From: Monocercomonoides exilis PA203
Lineage: Eukaryota; Protista; Preaxostyla
Reading direction: 5' to 3'
Assembly (NCBI GenBank): GCA_001643675.2
Contig: LSRY02000022.1
Location: 682,001-746,000, forward strand
Length of the DNA: 64,000 nt
The stretch's first letter is position 1, and each line of letters starts with the position of its first letter. A program made the translations under genes and the position numbers. Of this stretch, positions 1 to 13,429 are shown in pieces. Under the pieces are notes generated by a model, which was given only the letters and a program-made list of their open reading frames with translations, ran no database searches and was not told the origin of the DNA.

Positions 1-2506
1 ATAAAGTTAGTGTATATAATAATTAACGACCTTTCATCAACTTTTTGTTTCAAAATTATCAATTTTTATCAAAATTTTGAAAAAATACTCAGATTTATGG
101 GTGATTTTAAAAAATTGATTTTTCTTAAGGAACAAAACGAATTTCAAAATTCTAGTCCATACAAATGTTTTGTTATTAAATGTACTTTTTATTTATCACA
201 ATGATTTATAGAAAAAACAAGGATTGGAATTGAACCTTAAATACACCTATGCCCTTTATTTTCATCTTCCTTCCTTTCTTCTTCTCAGTGTGAGCTGAGA
301 TATCTAAAGAAGAGCAATAAAATGCTGTGTCTTCGGATCGTTTTCTTTCATAAAAGCGTCTGAGAAGCTTTAAACAGTCGGCAAATTCGGTTGTGAAGAT
401 AAGTGGATGAACATCAATTATGGAACAGTGGAGATTGAAATCTCTCGTTGCAAAAGTTGTTGTTGCGAAGTGTGACAATTCTCCAGTGTATAGAGAAAGA
501 AGCAGAAATGAAGTAGGAATTGAAAGGAGCAAAGGGAGATGAAGTGGAGGAAGAGGGGGATAAAAGAACTTGAAGTGAAATAAAAAGAAATGAAAGAGGA
601 GAAGGAGAAGGAAGAAGATTTGGTTTTGGAAACGGGCGCAGAGGATGCTGATAAAGAAGAGGATACAGCAGAAAAAGAAGGAAGGAAGAAATGCAGATTG
701 GGATAAAGGAAAATGAAATAGAACATACATCATTTGTTGGAAAATGACACTTTTTCTAATTGATTCAACTCTAAATAAGCTTTATCATTCATGTGTTGTG
801 TAAATTATTATTTTCATAAACAAAATTCAAAAGCATCAATTTAAAATTAGCGAAAATGACAATAGCTTGCTTATTAAGAACACTGATACTAAGTGAATTT
901 GAAATTTGAATATTCAAATATTAAAGTGCCGCTCAGAAAACTTGTAAATTCTTTTTTGATAAAAAGAATAAGCAAAGTGATGCACAACAAACAAAAACCA
1001 AAAATTCGATGTATGAAACAAAAAGAAATGTGATGACGTTCTAAACAAAACATTGTTTGGAGAAATTCACTCAAAATAATAAATGAAAATATTGAAGTTG
1101 ATTTGACAAAAATGCTTTTTCTGCAAAAAAAATTATCACCTTCATTTTATTCACTCTTCAATCTCTGAACTTCCCAACAAGTTCCGTGGCATTCGCAGTT
1201 GAGCGTTGCTTGTCATCCAATGTGGTGTCCTTCAGGTCAATTGCATTTGTAATCTTCACCAACGCTTCCCTTCCACCAAAGCACCCAACAAACTCTCGAC
1301 GCAGCTTTCTCAACATCGTCCGTTTTCCTACCGCTTCCAATAGGTTCTCACGAACACCATTCTCGTATGAATTCCCACTCAACCTTCTCAGGTCAGGACT
1401 TTCTCCATTCACAATCTTCTACACTGCCACCTCAGCCTCGTATTCCCCAAATGGTATCTGAAGCGTCATGCACTCTCACGCCATCATCCTTATGGAAAAC
1501 TCCACCGTCTTCTTTGTCGCGTGCCCCTTTGCACCATTTAGCAGCTCTGACGCATTCCACCGTATGCTCTTCTTCCAGAGATCATCTTCGTGCTCAAACA
1601 TTGATGAAAGAGAACGTGATTTTGTGAATTTTAAATCTTCACGGAAATATCAGAAGAATATGTGAAAACGGAGAAGATTGAAGAGATAAACGAAGTATCA
1701 GAGTCAAATAAGCTGTCTAAGTGGAGTGTAATTCAGATTACCATTTACTCCGACAATGGCGCAATCAGCGGACAGAGAGATGTTAGATTGGAGTTTGCCT
1801 TTCATTTCGCAAAAGCAGTGAAGCACGAGATTGTCAAACTTGAACATGATATATGCAGCTGTTTGTTCTCTTTCTTGTTATGATCCAATATCCATTTCTT
1901 TCTTCTGGTTCTTTCCACAAAGCAGTTTTTACAGATTAAATTTTTGATCAATAAATCATAATTAAATAAACAATTTTTCATATCATAACAAAAGATTAAA
2001 TGAAAAATAAAAAAGAATGATTAATTTGTAATTTTCCTTAGTCAAAAATGATTGTTAAAATTTAGCAACATAAAAGAATAATGACAAATAATAGAACATA
2101 AATGATAAATACAATTTCAACACAAATAATAACTCATTTTTAATTCACACTCCATTTTCAATCAAGAAAATGATTATATTAATAGTTGTTCATTTTTAGC
2201 GAATGATGAATAATCATTATCACCAAAAACAGTGTTGTGAAAAGATGTAAGAAAAACATACTTTGAAAGAATGATTTCTTCTCGTATCAATGAAAATATA
2301 CATTTTTAATGAATTTACAATTTCCCTTTGAATTCTATTATAATGTGAGCTATTTTGGTTTGTGGAAAATTTTAAAAATAAAGAAATGTCTTCCGTTTGT
2401 GATAAATATCTAAATGGTGCACAAAAGTTTTTGGATATATAATTATTTATTTCATAAAATACAATAACGGGAAGATCTATAATTTTTCAAAAAGAATAAC
2501 CCATAT

Positions 2507-2746
2507 GTCAAAATTTTTTTGAAAATTCGCAAATGTTTAATTCTCAAATAAATCAAAAATTTCATATCTTGATCAAATTTCTGTTTCCACTCACGAATCT
2601 TCTTTAGAACGTTTGAAATGGCATTATCCAGAAATAACCTTTAGATTGGAGAAGTGTAGTGTATGTTAACAAAAATTACATAAAAATATGAATATTTTAA
2701 TTTATTTGAGAAATACACAGTTGCGACTTTTCAAAAAGAATTACGC
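2507..2746. mobile_element. 240-bp MITE (Sola-like family), degenerate TIRs, ATAT TSD
   Basis: ATAT at 2503-2506 and 2747-2750. Internal sequence and TIR (TTTTTGAAAAxTCGCAAATGT...TTGCGACTTTTCAAAAAGAA) match the copies at 9773, 9972 and 34006. Length is 240 bp. Confidence 0.8.
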
Positions 2747-2749
2747 ATA

Positions 2750-3350
2750 TTGATAATTAAATCTGATAAAATATTATAATCATCAATCACATTTTTCATC
2801 AACGAAAACCTATTCCTCAAATTTTCAATGGTAGATGCTTGAAGGTGATAAAGATCAATAAAAGTTGGTTTTATTAATTTCAGTAATCCACATTTCTTTA
2901 TCAACCTGCGTGCCCATTTTTTGCTGATTTTCATGACTTCAGGTTTTGGTGATCATTCCTTCTTTTTCTTCATCATCACATTTTCTGACTATCAAAAATG
3001 CATAATAAAAAATAAAACAAACATAAAGCAACACACAAATCTGATAATGTCTGAAATTATAAATTTGTTTGTTGATTATATTTGAGCAATTGCACAATCT
3101 TTTATTTCCTTGATTTCTTCTTTGCAAAATAACCCAGGTCTGCCAGCATGTTGAGGATCACGCCCTGCTTTTTTTGAAGCCATATGCCGGTAAATGGAAA
3201 AATGAGTAATAATTTTATCTTTCACAAGATCTGAAGGTCTAATTCCATCTTGTTTCAGAAGATAATCAACTTTTTCCACTTTTGAAGGGAGCCTGCGAAA
3301 CTCTGCTGAGGCCTTAATCGGTGATTATTGATTGAAATGGAAAGGCGATG
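2750..3350 (-). pseudogene. N-terminal fragment of a pogo/Tc1-mariner (DDE_1/CENP-B HTH-type) transposase
   Basis: ORF 3076-3279 (GRPGLFCKEE) and ORF 2731-2934 (KWARRLIKK...IINM) resemble HTH_psq/CENP-B HTH plus the IxNMDE motif. The fragment is cut at IINM by the MITE at 2746. Confidence 0.5.
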
Positions 3351-3371
3351 TTTCCTTTGCTTTTTTTATAT

Positions 3372-3459
3372 GGCAAAATTTTTTTGAAAAGTCACAAAAT
3401 ATTAATTGATCTGAAAATCAGATCACAAATGATCAGAAAATGTTGATCATTCCGTCACC
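3372..3459. mobile_element. 88-bp mini-element, inverted copy of 18179-18266
   Basis: Its reverse complement aligns with 18179-18266 (ACGGAATGATCAACAT.TTCTGATCATTTGTGATCTGATTTT.AGATCAATTAATATTTTGT). ATAT on the left flank. Confidence 0.75.
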
Positions 3460-4473
3460 AAAAAAAAAAAAAAAAATTATAAATCAAACAAATGCAATTT
3501 GAATTTTATTCTCAAAGCAAAAAATCTCAAATTTGTCAAGAACAAAAAAAGTATTAGAAATAGTGATCAAATAACACAGAGAATCAACTATTTATATATT
3601 ATTTGGAACACATAAATAATGAAAAGAAAGTGAAGCAATCCTTCATTGAGTGTTTGAATGGTATTGTATTATCTTTGTTTTTCATAATTAAAAAAAAATT
3701 TGTTTTCATTTGCAAAAGGAAAATATACCAAAGTTCTGTTTCATTGTGGAATTTTGTACGATTTTCTAAATAAAAAAGACAAAGTTTTGCTCCTGCAAAC
3801 ATTTTTGAATGTTGTGAAGGAGCACGAGCTGTTTCAAGCGGGGTGGAGTTGCACAAAGAACAACATTGTTCATGCCAAAAGAATGCTGAAACGTCATGAT
3901 TATGGAGTAATTCGTTCATCAAAGCCCTACACTCCAACCGCTCGAAAACGTTTTCATATATCATTAATTTAACCTTTTTTAATATTTTTTGAAGCAATGA
4001 CTCATTTCAATTTTTCGTTTTGTGAATGGTGGCTTAAAAAACACACCACAGAATGTTGCTTGAAAAAAAGGAAAAAACGTAATTCTGTTATTGAAGAATT
4101 GTCTGTAGATGATATGGTGTTTCTGAATACAAAGAAAGAAAAAGAAATACCAAATAAACCTTCTCCAAACTTGATGGAATATGATAATCATTTTCTTTAT
4201 ATAAAAAAGAACTCCATTGGAGAAAACAAACGAAATACTTCATTGAAATCCAAAGAAGAACTTGAATCAAATCAATTCATATCAAAAACAAACTTCTTTC
4301 AAAAACATAGAGATTACATTACAATAATAAACAATAAAAATTTATCAAATGTTCAATTTGATATATCAAAAGATTAAATAAGCAAAAATCAAATAAGAAA
4401 TAAACGTATTAATTCTTCATAGGAGTATCGATTTTCATCACACACTGCATACTCAGCTGCCGCCTCTCGAACC

Positions 4474-6083
4474 ATGTCTTCCGCCTGTTCATACAGCGCT
4501 GCAAGTTCCAGCTGCTCATCTGATACAATTTTCCAAACTTCTTTCTCGCATTTTCTGACTGAAATAAATAAAGGTAATCTATTTGATTATGAGAATAATA
4601 TAAATGGTACTCATATGAATTTAGCAATTGAAAACTCTATAGAGAAAACATTTCATTCATCAAATATCGAAACAAAAAATTCTAAAATGAAAAAAATGAT
4701 GATATCCACATTTTTGAAAGAATCTTCAAATGATATAATTGATCAAACTTTGAAAAACGGAGATGAAAAATGGTTCGAGAATGAAATACGTATTATTTAT
4801 GGATCCAAATATTCGCTTTGGAAGCAAATGTTGAAGGAAATTGTTGTCAAACTTAGCTATTCGCACTTTTACGCACTTTCAAAAAATATTAGAAAATCAA
4901 AAAGAAGAGCTTATGTGTGTAATTTGTGTGCTCGAAGAGAAATATTATCGAAGATTCAAAGAATCAGACATTTAACGTTGAAGGAAAAAGAAGAAAAAAG
5001 AGTATTAGAAATTCATCAAATAATCCAGAACAAACAGAGAAATTATTATCATCAATGTATTGAAGAACTTTCATTCGGAAAAATGATTGCAATTCTCGAT
5101 TTCAAACAAAACTGGTGCCTTCCAATAAAACAATCCCAGGTGAGCAGAGTTTTTTTTACGAAAAGAAAGAAATATCTCACCTGAGAGTTGTTATTTATCA
5201 ATCACAACACAATAAACATTACAAATCAAGTTTCCACTTTTGTTCAGAAGTGTTTTCCAAAAACAGTCGATATTCTTTTGAATGCCTTGAAAATGCACTT
5301 GATCTCACTCTTCAATCATTATGTTCAAACAGATCGCTCAAAGTTTGGACCGACTGCGGTCCCCATTTCCGGAATGGTGCATTCCTCCACTTCGTCCTCC
5401 ATCCTTCATCTTCCATTTTTAAAAAATTCTCATCCACTTCGCTTTCCTTCTTTGCTGAAGGTCACGGAAAAAGAGAGGTTGATGGAGAATGTGGGGTCCT
5501 CTCAAGAAAAGCGCAGAACTCCCGAGAGGACATCTCATCTGTTGATGAGCTAATCTCTTTTTTCAAAAAAAGATTTGACTCATCAACAAATGAGATAGGA
5601 AGTGCGCCGATCAATAGGCACTTCCTCACATACGAACCGCGGCTTCATGTGAGAGTCTCACCGAAACTGAGGGTTAAAGATTTAAAATTAAATCTTATAT
5701 GGAGCAGCGAAGAAGGAAGAATTTTCGCTGCTCCATACAACGAAGAAGAAAATACAAGATGGAGTGAAGTGAGGGTTGCTGTTTCTTTTGAAAGAGCGAA
5801 GAAACAAGCAACAAGCAAGATATACTCTTGCATCTCTTCTCCAATTGGAAAGCAAACACTTTCACTTATTTTGGGAAGATTAGAAGAAGAAAAAGACAAT
5901 CATTCAATATCAAAATTGCTTCCCTGCGAAGAAGGAACAGCCGAAGGAACTGATAATTTTGATTATGAACCAAGACGCACTTATTCTCAAAATGTTTGCC
6001 AATGGGATGTTGAATACGAAAAAAGAAGGAAGGAAGCTATTGTTCTCATTGATGAAGAAGACTATGAAGAAAAGATAAGTTGA
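4474..6083 (+). pseudogene. Sola2-like DDD transposase, frameshifted (ORFs 4474-5184 and 5115-6083); upstream pieces 3700-4377 probably belong to it
   Basis: Motifs CNLC, ILDFKQNW, VWTDCGPHFRN and FFAEGHGKREVDGECG match the Sola2-type DFxEN / SDxCxxQ(F/Y)KN / HGKxxxDG catalytic blocks. The frame changes near the T-run at 5150-5157. Confidence 0.7.
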
Positions 6084-9000
6084 ACGATAACAAGCGACAA
6101 TGATGATGCTAACTATTAAATAAATCTGAACTTTGAATGAAAAGAGAAGCGTGAAGATAATGCTTGTCTCCAAACGTTTTGAATATTCAAAATCTTTGTG
6201 ACATATCTTCAAAATGTTCTTTTTCTCAGCATCTCTTTCAGCTCAAATCCATTGTTCCTCCAGCGGCATCTCCATCGTCACCATCTCAAATGCCTTCTGA
6301 TTTTTTCTCACTGAGTCATTCACTAATTCCCTCAAATTATCTGCTTCATTCTTGACTTTTCTGCACAAAACAACATACAAAACAAATCCTTCGAAAGCAA
6401 TCAGAAATATTTTCAACATTGATTCCAAAACTTTCGCTTTTGATTTTCTCGTGCAATACATTTCTTTCAAATGCAACATGAGACGCATTCAAATTGCTGA
6501 CAGACATTTTCACTCTCTCCAAACTCACAATCCAGGGCTGTCACTTGTCCACCATTCATCCGAATAACGCCAACATTACCTTTTGCTGGAGAGGCATGAA
6601 GTTTGAAAATAAGTCCGTTGAGCAGAAGCACTGTTGGTGTTAGGTCATCAGTTACATTGAAGAATCCGTTGCTTTCTATTCTCAGTTCTGATTTGGCTGC
6701 AACTCCGCGGATGGTCAGCTGCTTCCCATCTCTTCTCATCTCTCTGGAAACCCAGTTGTTGTTGTTAATCTGCACAGTCGTCTGGTTCTCTTTCAGGTTT
6801 CTCAAACCCAACTTCCAATCGATCGCATGGATTCACATCGCTTCCACAGTTCGGCAACGTGCTTTTTCCTGCCTCAACAAAAATGATATCTCCTGTTCCG
6901 AAAAACAGATATTTCTTGATCGAATAGTCAATAACTGGGCTTTCAACAGAGTCCATAACCCAGAAGCTTTGCTCGGGCATGTTCAGTTCGTCAATTGTAC
7001 CAAACCACAGATCTTTTTTGATCAGCGTTTCTGGATTCCCGCAAAGCAGGAATAAGTCATTTCCCTTTGAAGCAAAATTTTCTGTGAACGTGTTTGACTT
7101 TATTGAATACTGAACATTTTACATCAAATTTCAGATGCAGTCCTCCTCCAAATCCCTGTGCTCCCTGCGCTGCACAACTCTCGTCTATTCGACACATTGA
7201 ATGCTCCCATTCCACCAAATGGAATCTCGCCTTAACACATAGCTTTCGAAAACACACAGCCACTGATCTCTACTCGCTTTCCCTGTCCAATAACGCCTAA
7301 AAAGACTGAGCCATTCCCTCCATTGCGAGTCACGTTCGACAATTCGCTCGATGCAATTTTCATTCAGCTTCATTCCCCGAATGAAATGACACTGCCACTT
7401 TCTAGTGTTGAGCCATTGACTGTTAGCTCCTTGATGTCGGCTGAAGATTCCTCGGTCAAGTGAATCAGTCCATTATGTGACAGACTCTCAACCGCTTCAA
7501 AAGTGCATCCTACTACAAATAATAATGTTCCTTGCCCTCTCAGCTCAACTGCTGCAATATCTCCAAAATCAATTCTTTTCAGCTCAAATTCAGTTAAATG
7601 AATTTCGCCTCCTGTTGCACAAAGAATGCTGAATTCGATTGCCTCGCTTTCTATATGCCTTGTCACTGAGCAATTAGCAATGCTAAAAGTTGATTGCTGG
7701 CACAGAATCAGAAACAATCGAGAATTTTCAACGAATCTTGGAGGAAACAAAAAAGAGATGTTTGAAATCGACACATCTGCTGCTGTTTCGACCAAGCCAT
7801 CACCATCCACGCTTCCGTTGCTGCAGACAAAAATTGATGTGCCTTTTGTTGTAGCCAAAATTGAAACAGAACACGAGGCAAGCCTTGTGAAGCTGTTCAG
7901 CCGGAACGATGGAAGAACAACGGCAACACCTTGTTCTTGCGCTGATCCAAATCTCAATTCAACAACTTTGCTGATTGTGTGGCAAGACACAAATGAAAAT
8001 CCGCATCCTGAGTGATAATACCCTCCATCTGTCTCGCCTTCAACGTATCCACTTCCAGATAATGAAGTCAGAAATGCAGATAAATGAATCGCATAATCTC
8101 GATTGCAGGAGACTCGCTCATACCCCAACAAATCCGTTTTGCCCATCTCCCTCCAGGAAATTTGGAAGTTATCCACTTGAACCACATAAGTCAAGTTTCT
8201 TCCATCCGCAAATATGTTGTTTCCTTTCCACGCTTTGCACTCAAAGAATGTCAGGTTTTTCAGCGAATGAATTCCATTATTATCTGAAATATGCAGATAT
8301 ATCCCTCCTCCTAATCCTTTTCCTCCATTCAATTCTTCACGGCATGGTACACAACAGATGCTGAATCTGGTATTCTTCACAGTTACATCCATATTCCCCT
8401 GTTTCTGGACAAACAAAGATCCGCCATTCAGCTCGTTTCCGTCTTCACATAATTAACTTATTTGGCATCCGTCAATCACAATCTCTGAGTCACCTCCATT
8501 CGCGTTTGAGTAAAGCAGTCCCCCATTTCCATTTTTCACGGTTATTCCGTTGAATTCGCAGCTCTGCAACGTGAATGAACTTCCTCCCTCAAACAAAAAC
8601 ATACTCTCTGAAAATGCTTTATTATTTGTTTCTGCAACAACAACAAAACCATTTGCAACAAATGTTCCACCACTAATTTTTGCAAAGCTGAAATTGATTT
8701 CGTTGCTTTCTTCTGAATTAGTTATAGAAAATCCGCAACTGTTTAATGTTAGGCTATTTCCGTTGCATTGAATGAAGGATGTTCTGGAGTTGAGCGACAA
8801 TGGCAATGCAAACGTGATATTCGTCATTGTCGCTGGCTGAGTGACTGTTATTAAAGAAGATGAATCTGTTGGAAATGGAGGAGAAATCACAATTCTTGTG
8901 TTCTTTTGCGCACATTTCACTTTCCATTCTCCAGTTGTCATTTCTGTCTCTTCGCTCCAAACAAATGAAGGATCAAGCAAAATGTCTTTGTCCGATGAAG

Positions 9001-9772
9001 AAAAACGAAGATTGGCTGAGAATGCGATTGTTGAGCAAGGATAGCCCGAGTGGCCACATCCACTGAAGTCTCTCTTGTTGTTTCCTCCAACGACTGCTGG
9101 CAGAGGAAATGGAGCAATGAAATAGAGAGCCAGAGGAATCCCATAATCCTCATTGCCATTTTCGAAGCCCATTGCATCATCGTATTCTGCTGCATTTGTC
9201 GAGATCGTCACATTCACTTTTCCAGAATTCATCAAATCTGCCAAATTCCCCTCATCAAAAAACATGTTGTTTCCTCCTTTCGCTGCATGGTTTTTTTCAA
9301 CTCCGCTCATAAAGCTGACTGAAGAAATCGAATAATCATTGAACTAACCAGCAGCCTTCATAAACAGCCCTCCCCCGTATCCGCATTGAGTTCTTGTTTC
9401 ACTTGCTCCGCACTTTGAAAACGATGAGAGCGTTCCATCTTTTCCGATGCTCAGCTTTCCGCTTCCAGCAAACGAAGCATATATCCCTCCTCCACAACCA
9501 GAGCAAGCCAAACAGTTGTAAAATGTTGCCTCTCTAATCTCAACAACATTTCCCGTATTCATCACAATATTCACTGCGCTTACATTTCCATTTGTGAGTT
9601 CAATGGATTTCATGTTGATTTTTTCCATTTTCACTGTTTTTCCATGTTCAATCGTTATGGCTGCCTTGTTGTCACATACAATTTCTTCCATTGTCGTATT
9701 CTGAAGAGTCAGCGAACCTCCGTTTGCGCATTCAATTATTCCTTCATTTGATGTGTCAGTTGTATTCGAAAT

Positions 9773-10256
9773 GGGTAATTCTTTTTGAAAAGTCGCAAAT
9801 GTTTAATTTTCAAATAAATCAAAATTTTCATATTTTGTTCAAATTTCTGTTTCCACTCACGAAATTTCTTCAGAATGAATGAAATAGCATTATCCAGAAA
9901 TATATTCTATATTAGTGAAGTTTGGTGAGTGGAAACAGAAATTTGAACAAAATATGAAATTTTTGATATATGGGTGATTCTTTTTGAAAAGTCGCAAATG
10001 TTAAATTTTTGAATAAATCAAAAATTTCATATCTCGATCAAATTTCGGTTCCCACTTATGCAACTTCTCCAAAGTGGAGGATATTATTTAACAATGCTAT
10101 TTAACACATTCATGAAAAGTTGCATAAGTGGGAACCGAAATTTGATCAAGATATGAAATTTTTAATTTATTCGAAAATAAAACATTTGCGACTTTTCAAA
10201 AAGAATAACCCATATTTGAAAATTAAACATTTGCGACTTTTCAAAAAGAATGACCC
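9773..10256. mobile_element. 240-bp MITE (outer), AAAT TSD, carrying a nested sibling
   Basis: GGGTAATTCTTTTTGAAAAGTCGCAAATG...CATTTGCGACTTTTCAAAAAGAATGACCC, flanked by AAAT at 9769-9772 and 10257-10260. Confidence 0.9.
9972..10211. mobile_element. 240-bp MITE (inner), ATAT TSD
   Basis: GGGTGATTC...GAATAACCC with long imperfect TIRs. ATAT at 9968-9971 and 10212-10215. Confidence 0.9.
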
Positions 10257-12985
10257 AAATGTTGCAAAGATCAATGTTTAGCTGCCCGATCGTGTGTGAA
10301 ATCATCAGAGGTGCTTCTGTTAATATGAATCCTTTCACCACAAGCGATATCACTGCGCTTGTTCCACCCGTGCAAATAATAAAACTGTTAGACAATGTTG
10401 TGCCTGACATAAGCATCAGTGCACACTGCTCAGACAAGAAAGATCCTGACTGTACCAGAAATAGAGCTTTCCTTCCAGATAGCGAACTTAGCAGATAAAA
10501 CTTGATGCTCGAAAAAGAAACTGTCGCTCTGCTAACAATCATTCCGTCTTGATTTTATGTCGAATTGTTGTCAACGATGAGCTGTGTCTGAGATCCAATC
10601 CCTCTTACATTTGTGGAGCCATCGGACAGAAAAATCTCTCGTGAAAGAGTGGAATTGCCATCAACAGCAATATACACTCCACTTGATGTTTTGCGCAGAA
10701 AGAATATATAATCTACGGTTGAGCATTGCTCGTCAACAAATCCACACATATACCAATCTCTTTTGTTCGTATTTCCAACACAAAACTCGCTCGGTTTGCT
10801 CCGGAGAAAAAGAACAAGAAGAATTGCAAACGAAAAATCACATTTTTCATATCTGCACAGATCAGTGAGTGAAATCAGTTGACAACAAAACTTCAACCGC
10901 TCTGCATTGATCACTTGGCTGAAATTCGTAGCCTCAATAAAAATGTTGTTGAACTGTGAAGCACGGCAGTTGGTGAATGTCATTTTGTCAAAAACAAAAT
11001 CATTTGTTGAATTTTCCAATTTCAGAAGAATCGCACCTCTAAATCCGTTGCTTCCTACTCCCTGAGCACTGCAATCTGCAAAAGTCAGCGAATCAATTTC
11101 TCCAAATCTCACTTTTGAGCCTGGTTGCATCATAATGGAAAGGCATCCTCCATTTCCACTTTCGCGTTTGCACCCATCAAACGAGATATTGTTCTATAAT
11201 AATAACTCCTCATTTGTCGGGTTGCATTCAATGACTCCTCAATTTCCAGAGCTTCGAATGACCTCTGTGAAGTTCGTGTTAGAAATTTCAGAAAATGAGG
11301 AAATTGGAGCCCTTATGAGCTGTGCGTTTGTTCTCAAAGAAGATACAATACAGGAATCAATTGAAATGCTTCCGAAAGCAATGTCAAATAATGGCTTGCT
11401 AAAAGAAGTGGGCTGAGCCCTTGTAGAAGTGACGAGAAGATGCTTCAGGTGAGCCGTCCCAGATGAACCAGAATCAGATAATATTTCAATAGTTTCTATT
11501 GCAGTGTTGTGATCAATCTCCAAAGAAAATATACTCAAATCTCCGACATTAATTGAAAACAGGGCTGCAGCACTTGACAGCATGCTTGTTCTTACGACTG
11601 ATTTGTCTGTTCCATTACCAATCACTTTGACTTTATTGCTGTTGATGGATAGCACAGAAGAAGGAGCAAAGTCTGATTCAAGCAGCATAACTTTACACTC
11701 GACATCGTCCCTCACCTTTCCAAATGCGTGTTCAATCGTTTTGCATGGAATAGAGTCGTTCAATCCACAAAGCTCATCCAAATCGTTTCCACTCTCATGG
11801 ACATATCGAGTTAGAAGCATTACCTTTACAGGAAGCCATCCGTTGTAAACTTTGCTATCGGCTGTTCCATTATAATAAACTCGCTTTTCCGTTGTCGTTG
11901 AATATGATTCAAAAAAAGGATTAGAATTAACTCCACCTCTATTTATTTTCACATCATTTCCCATTCCGTTCTTCGCATTATTTTGATGGAAAAAACTATA
12001 TCTTATCAATTGGGTCTGAACAGCTTGTTCCGAAAGTCCACTGAAGTTTATTCCTGCTCCTCCTAAAATAGTTGAATTTGTAAATATTCCATTCACTGTG
12101 TTCAAGATAAACATATTTTCTGTGATCAAAAGTGCTGAAAGGTTTACACTCGGCAAAGCATAATTAAAATATATGCAACCAGAAAAATTTCCAGCCCAAT
12201 TTTTCACAAAACGATAGTTTGAAAAAATGAAGGTTCCTGATGATTGAAGAAATTTCGGAAGTAAGTTGCATGCCATACCACGAGTTCGGAATATCGAACA
12301 ATTTCAAAAAATGATGTTTATGAATTTTTCATTTTTCTTGTGATCAACGCGGTAAATCGCTTCTCCACGATTTGCGTAACACTTGCAGAAATTTGTTAAA
12401 TCAATATTAGTATTTTTAAAATTTGAAAATTGTAAATCACCTCCATGAATGAGCTCTTCATTTTCAATTGCGCTTATTCAGTCAAATAAACGATAACGAA
12501 TATTGATTGATGCACCATGTGTAGAAGCGGCAATAATACTCTCAGATTCTTGTGCGTGTGTGTTTCCCGCTTATACCACAAAAATTAAAGTTCTCCAGTG
12601 TCAAGAAGGTTTTTGTTCCCTGACTAAATTAAACTGTTTCGTGATCCAAAAACATTATCACTCCTTAAAAAACTGCTGTCACTTCACAATGGGAACAAGA
12701 TTCAGAAATTTCGCATTTTCTGGGATGTTCGGTTTGTAAAGATATACGCAATTTCACTTGTAATATGATAATAAGAATGATTCTTGTATATGTTGAAATA
12801 AACTCTGACAGTTCATTTCACAACCAAAAAAATGTGCAATATTATGCTTCTCAATAATGCAATTGAATATGTTTTTTGTGAAATAAAAATTAGCATAGAA
12901 AAAGCTCAAAAAACATTTTTTGCTTTGATAAAAAATAATATTCAAATTTCTTTATTTTTTTAGATTTTTTTTTTTGAAAAAACGC

Positions 12986-13041
12986 ATTTCACAATTGTCA
13001 AACAAACTTTTCTATGAAAATTCGTTTGATAATTGTGAAAT
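12986..13041. repeat. Imperfect hairpin / inverted repeat
   Basis: ATTTCACAATTGTCAAAC...GTTTGATAATTGTGAAAT. Confidence 0.55.
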
Positions 13042-13429
13042 TCTTCTTTTCAAAAAATTATTTAAACAATAAATTATGTTTCTGTTTTACTGATCAAAAT
13101 TAAAATTTCAATTTTGCTTGAATTATTGTTTTATTTGCTTAAACTATTCTGTAACTGCTGATATATAAAATGTTCATAGCTTGTGTGGATTCTTTTTCTT
13201 GTTAAAAATTGAGATTCGTTAATATATCAAATTTTTATTTGATAATAATTTTTCATTGCACAGAATACGCCTGGAATTTCAATTAATGCAAAGAATCTTC
13301 CCACAAGTTTGATAAAGATGTTAAACATGCAAATCAAACGGTTTTTCTCTATCTTTTATTGAAATGCTATATTATTCAATTACAATGTTAAATTTGTTTT
13401 TTTTTGCTTGGATAATTTGCTGCAGATTT

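Larger units (their letters stand above)
6243..12750 (-). pseudogene. Large fragmented beta-helix (GGGIY/GGAI repeat, polymorphic-membrane-protein-like) surface protein gene
   Basis: Collinear minus-strand ORFs (11239-12276, 10555-11133, 10162-10542, 9344-9691, 8453-9310, 7370-8416 and others) carry GGGIY/GGGLF, FxxCxA and CG...PCxT repeats. They are broken by stops, frameshifts and a nested MITE. Confidence 0.7.

Noticed and set aside
206-733. 175-aa F/L/S-rich ORF (similar ones at 14415-14798, 37894-38424 and 63262-63764)
   Set aside because: Shadow frames of purine- or pyrimidine-rich low-complexity tracts.
5145-5165. Programmed ribosomal frameshift in the Sola-like transposase
   Set aside because: The shift lies in a T homopolymer of an otherwise decayed, TIR-less copy, so a mutation or sequencing indel is more parsimonious.
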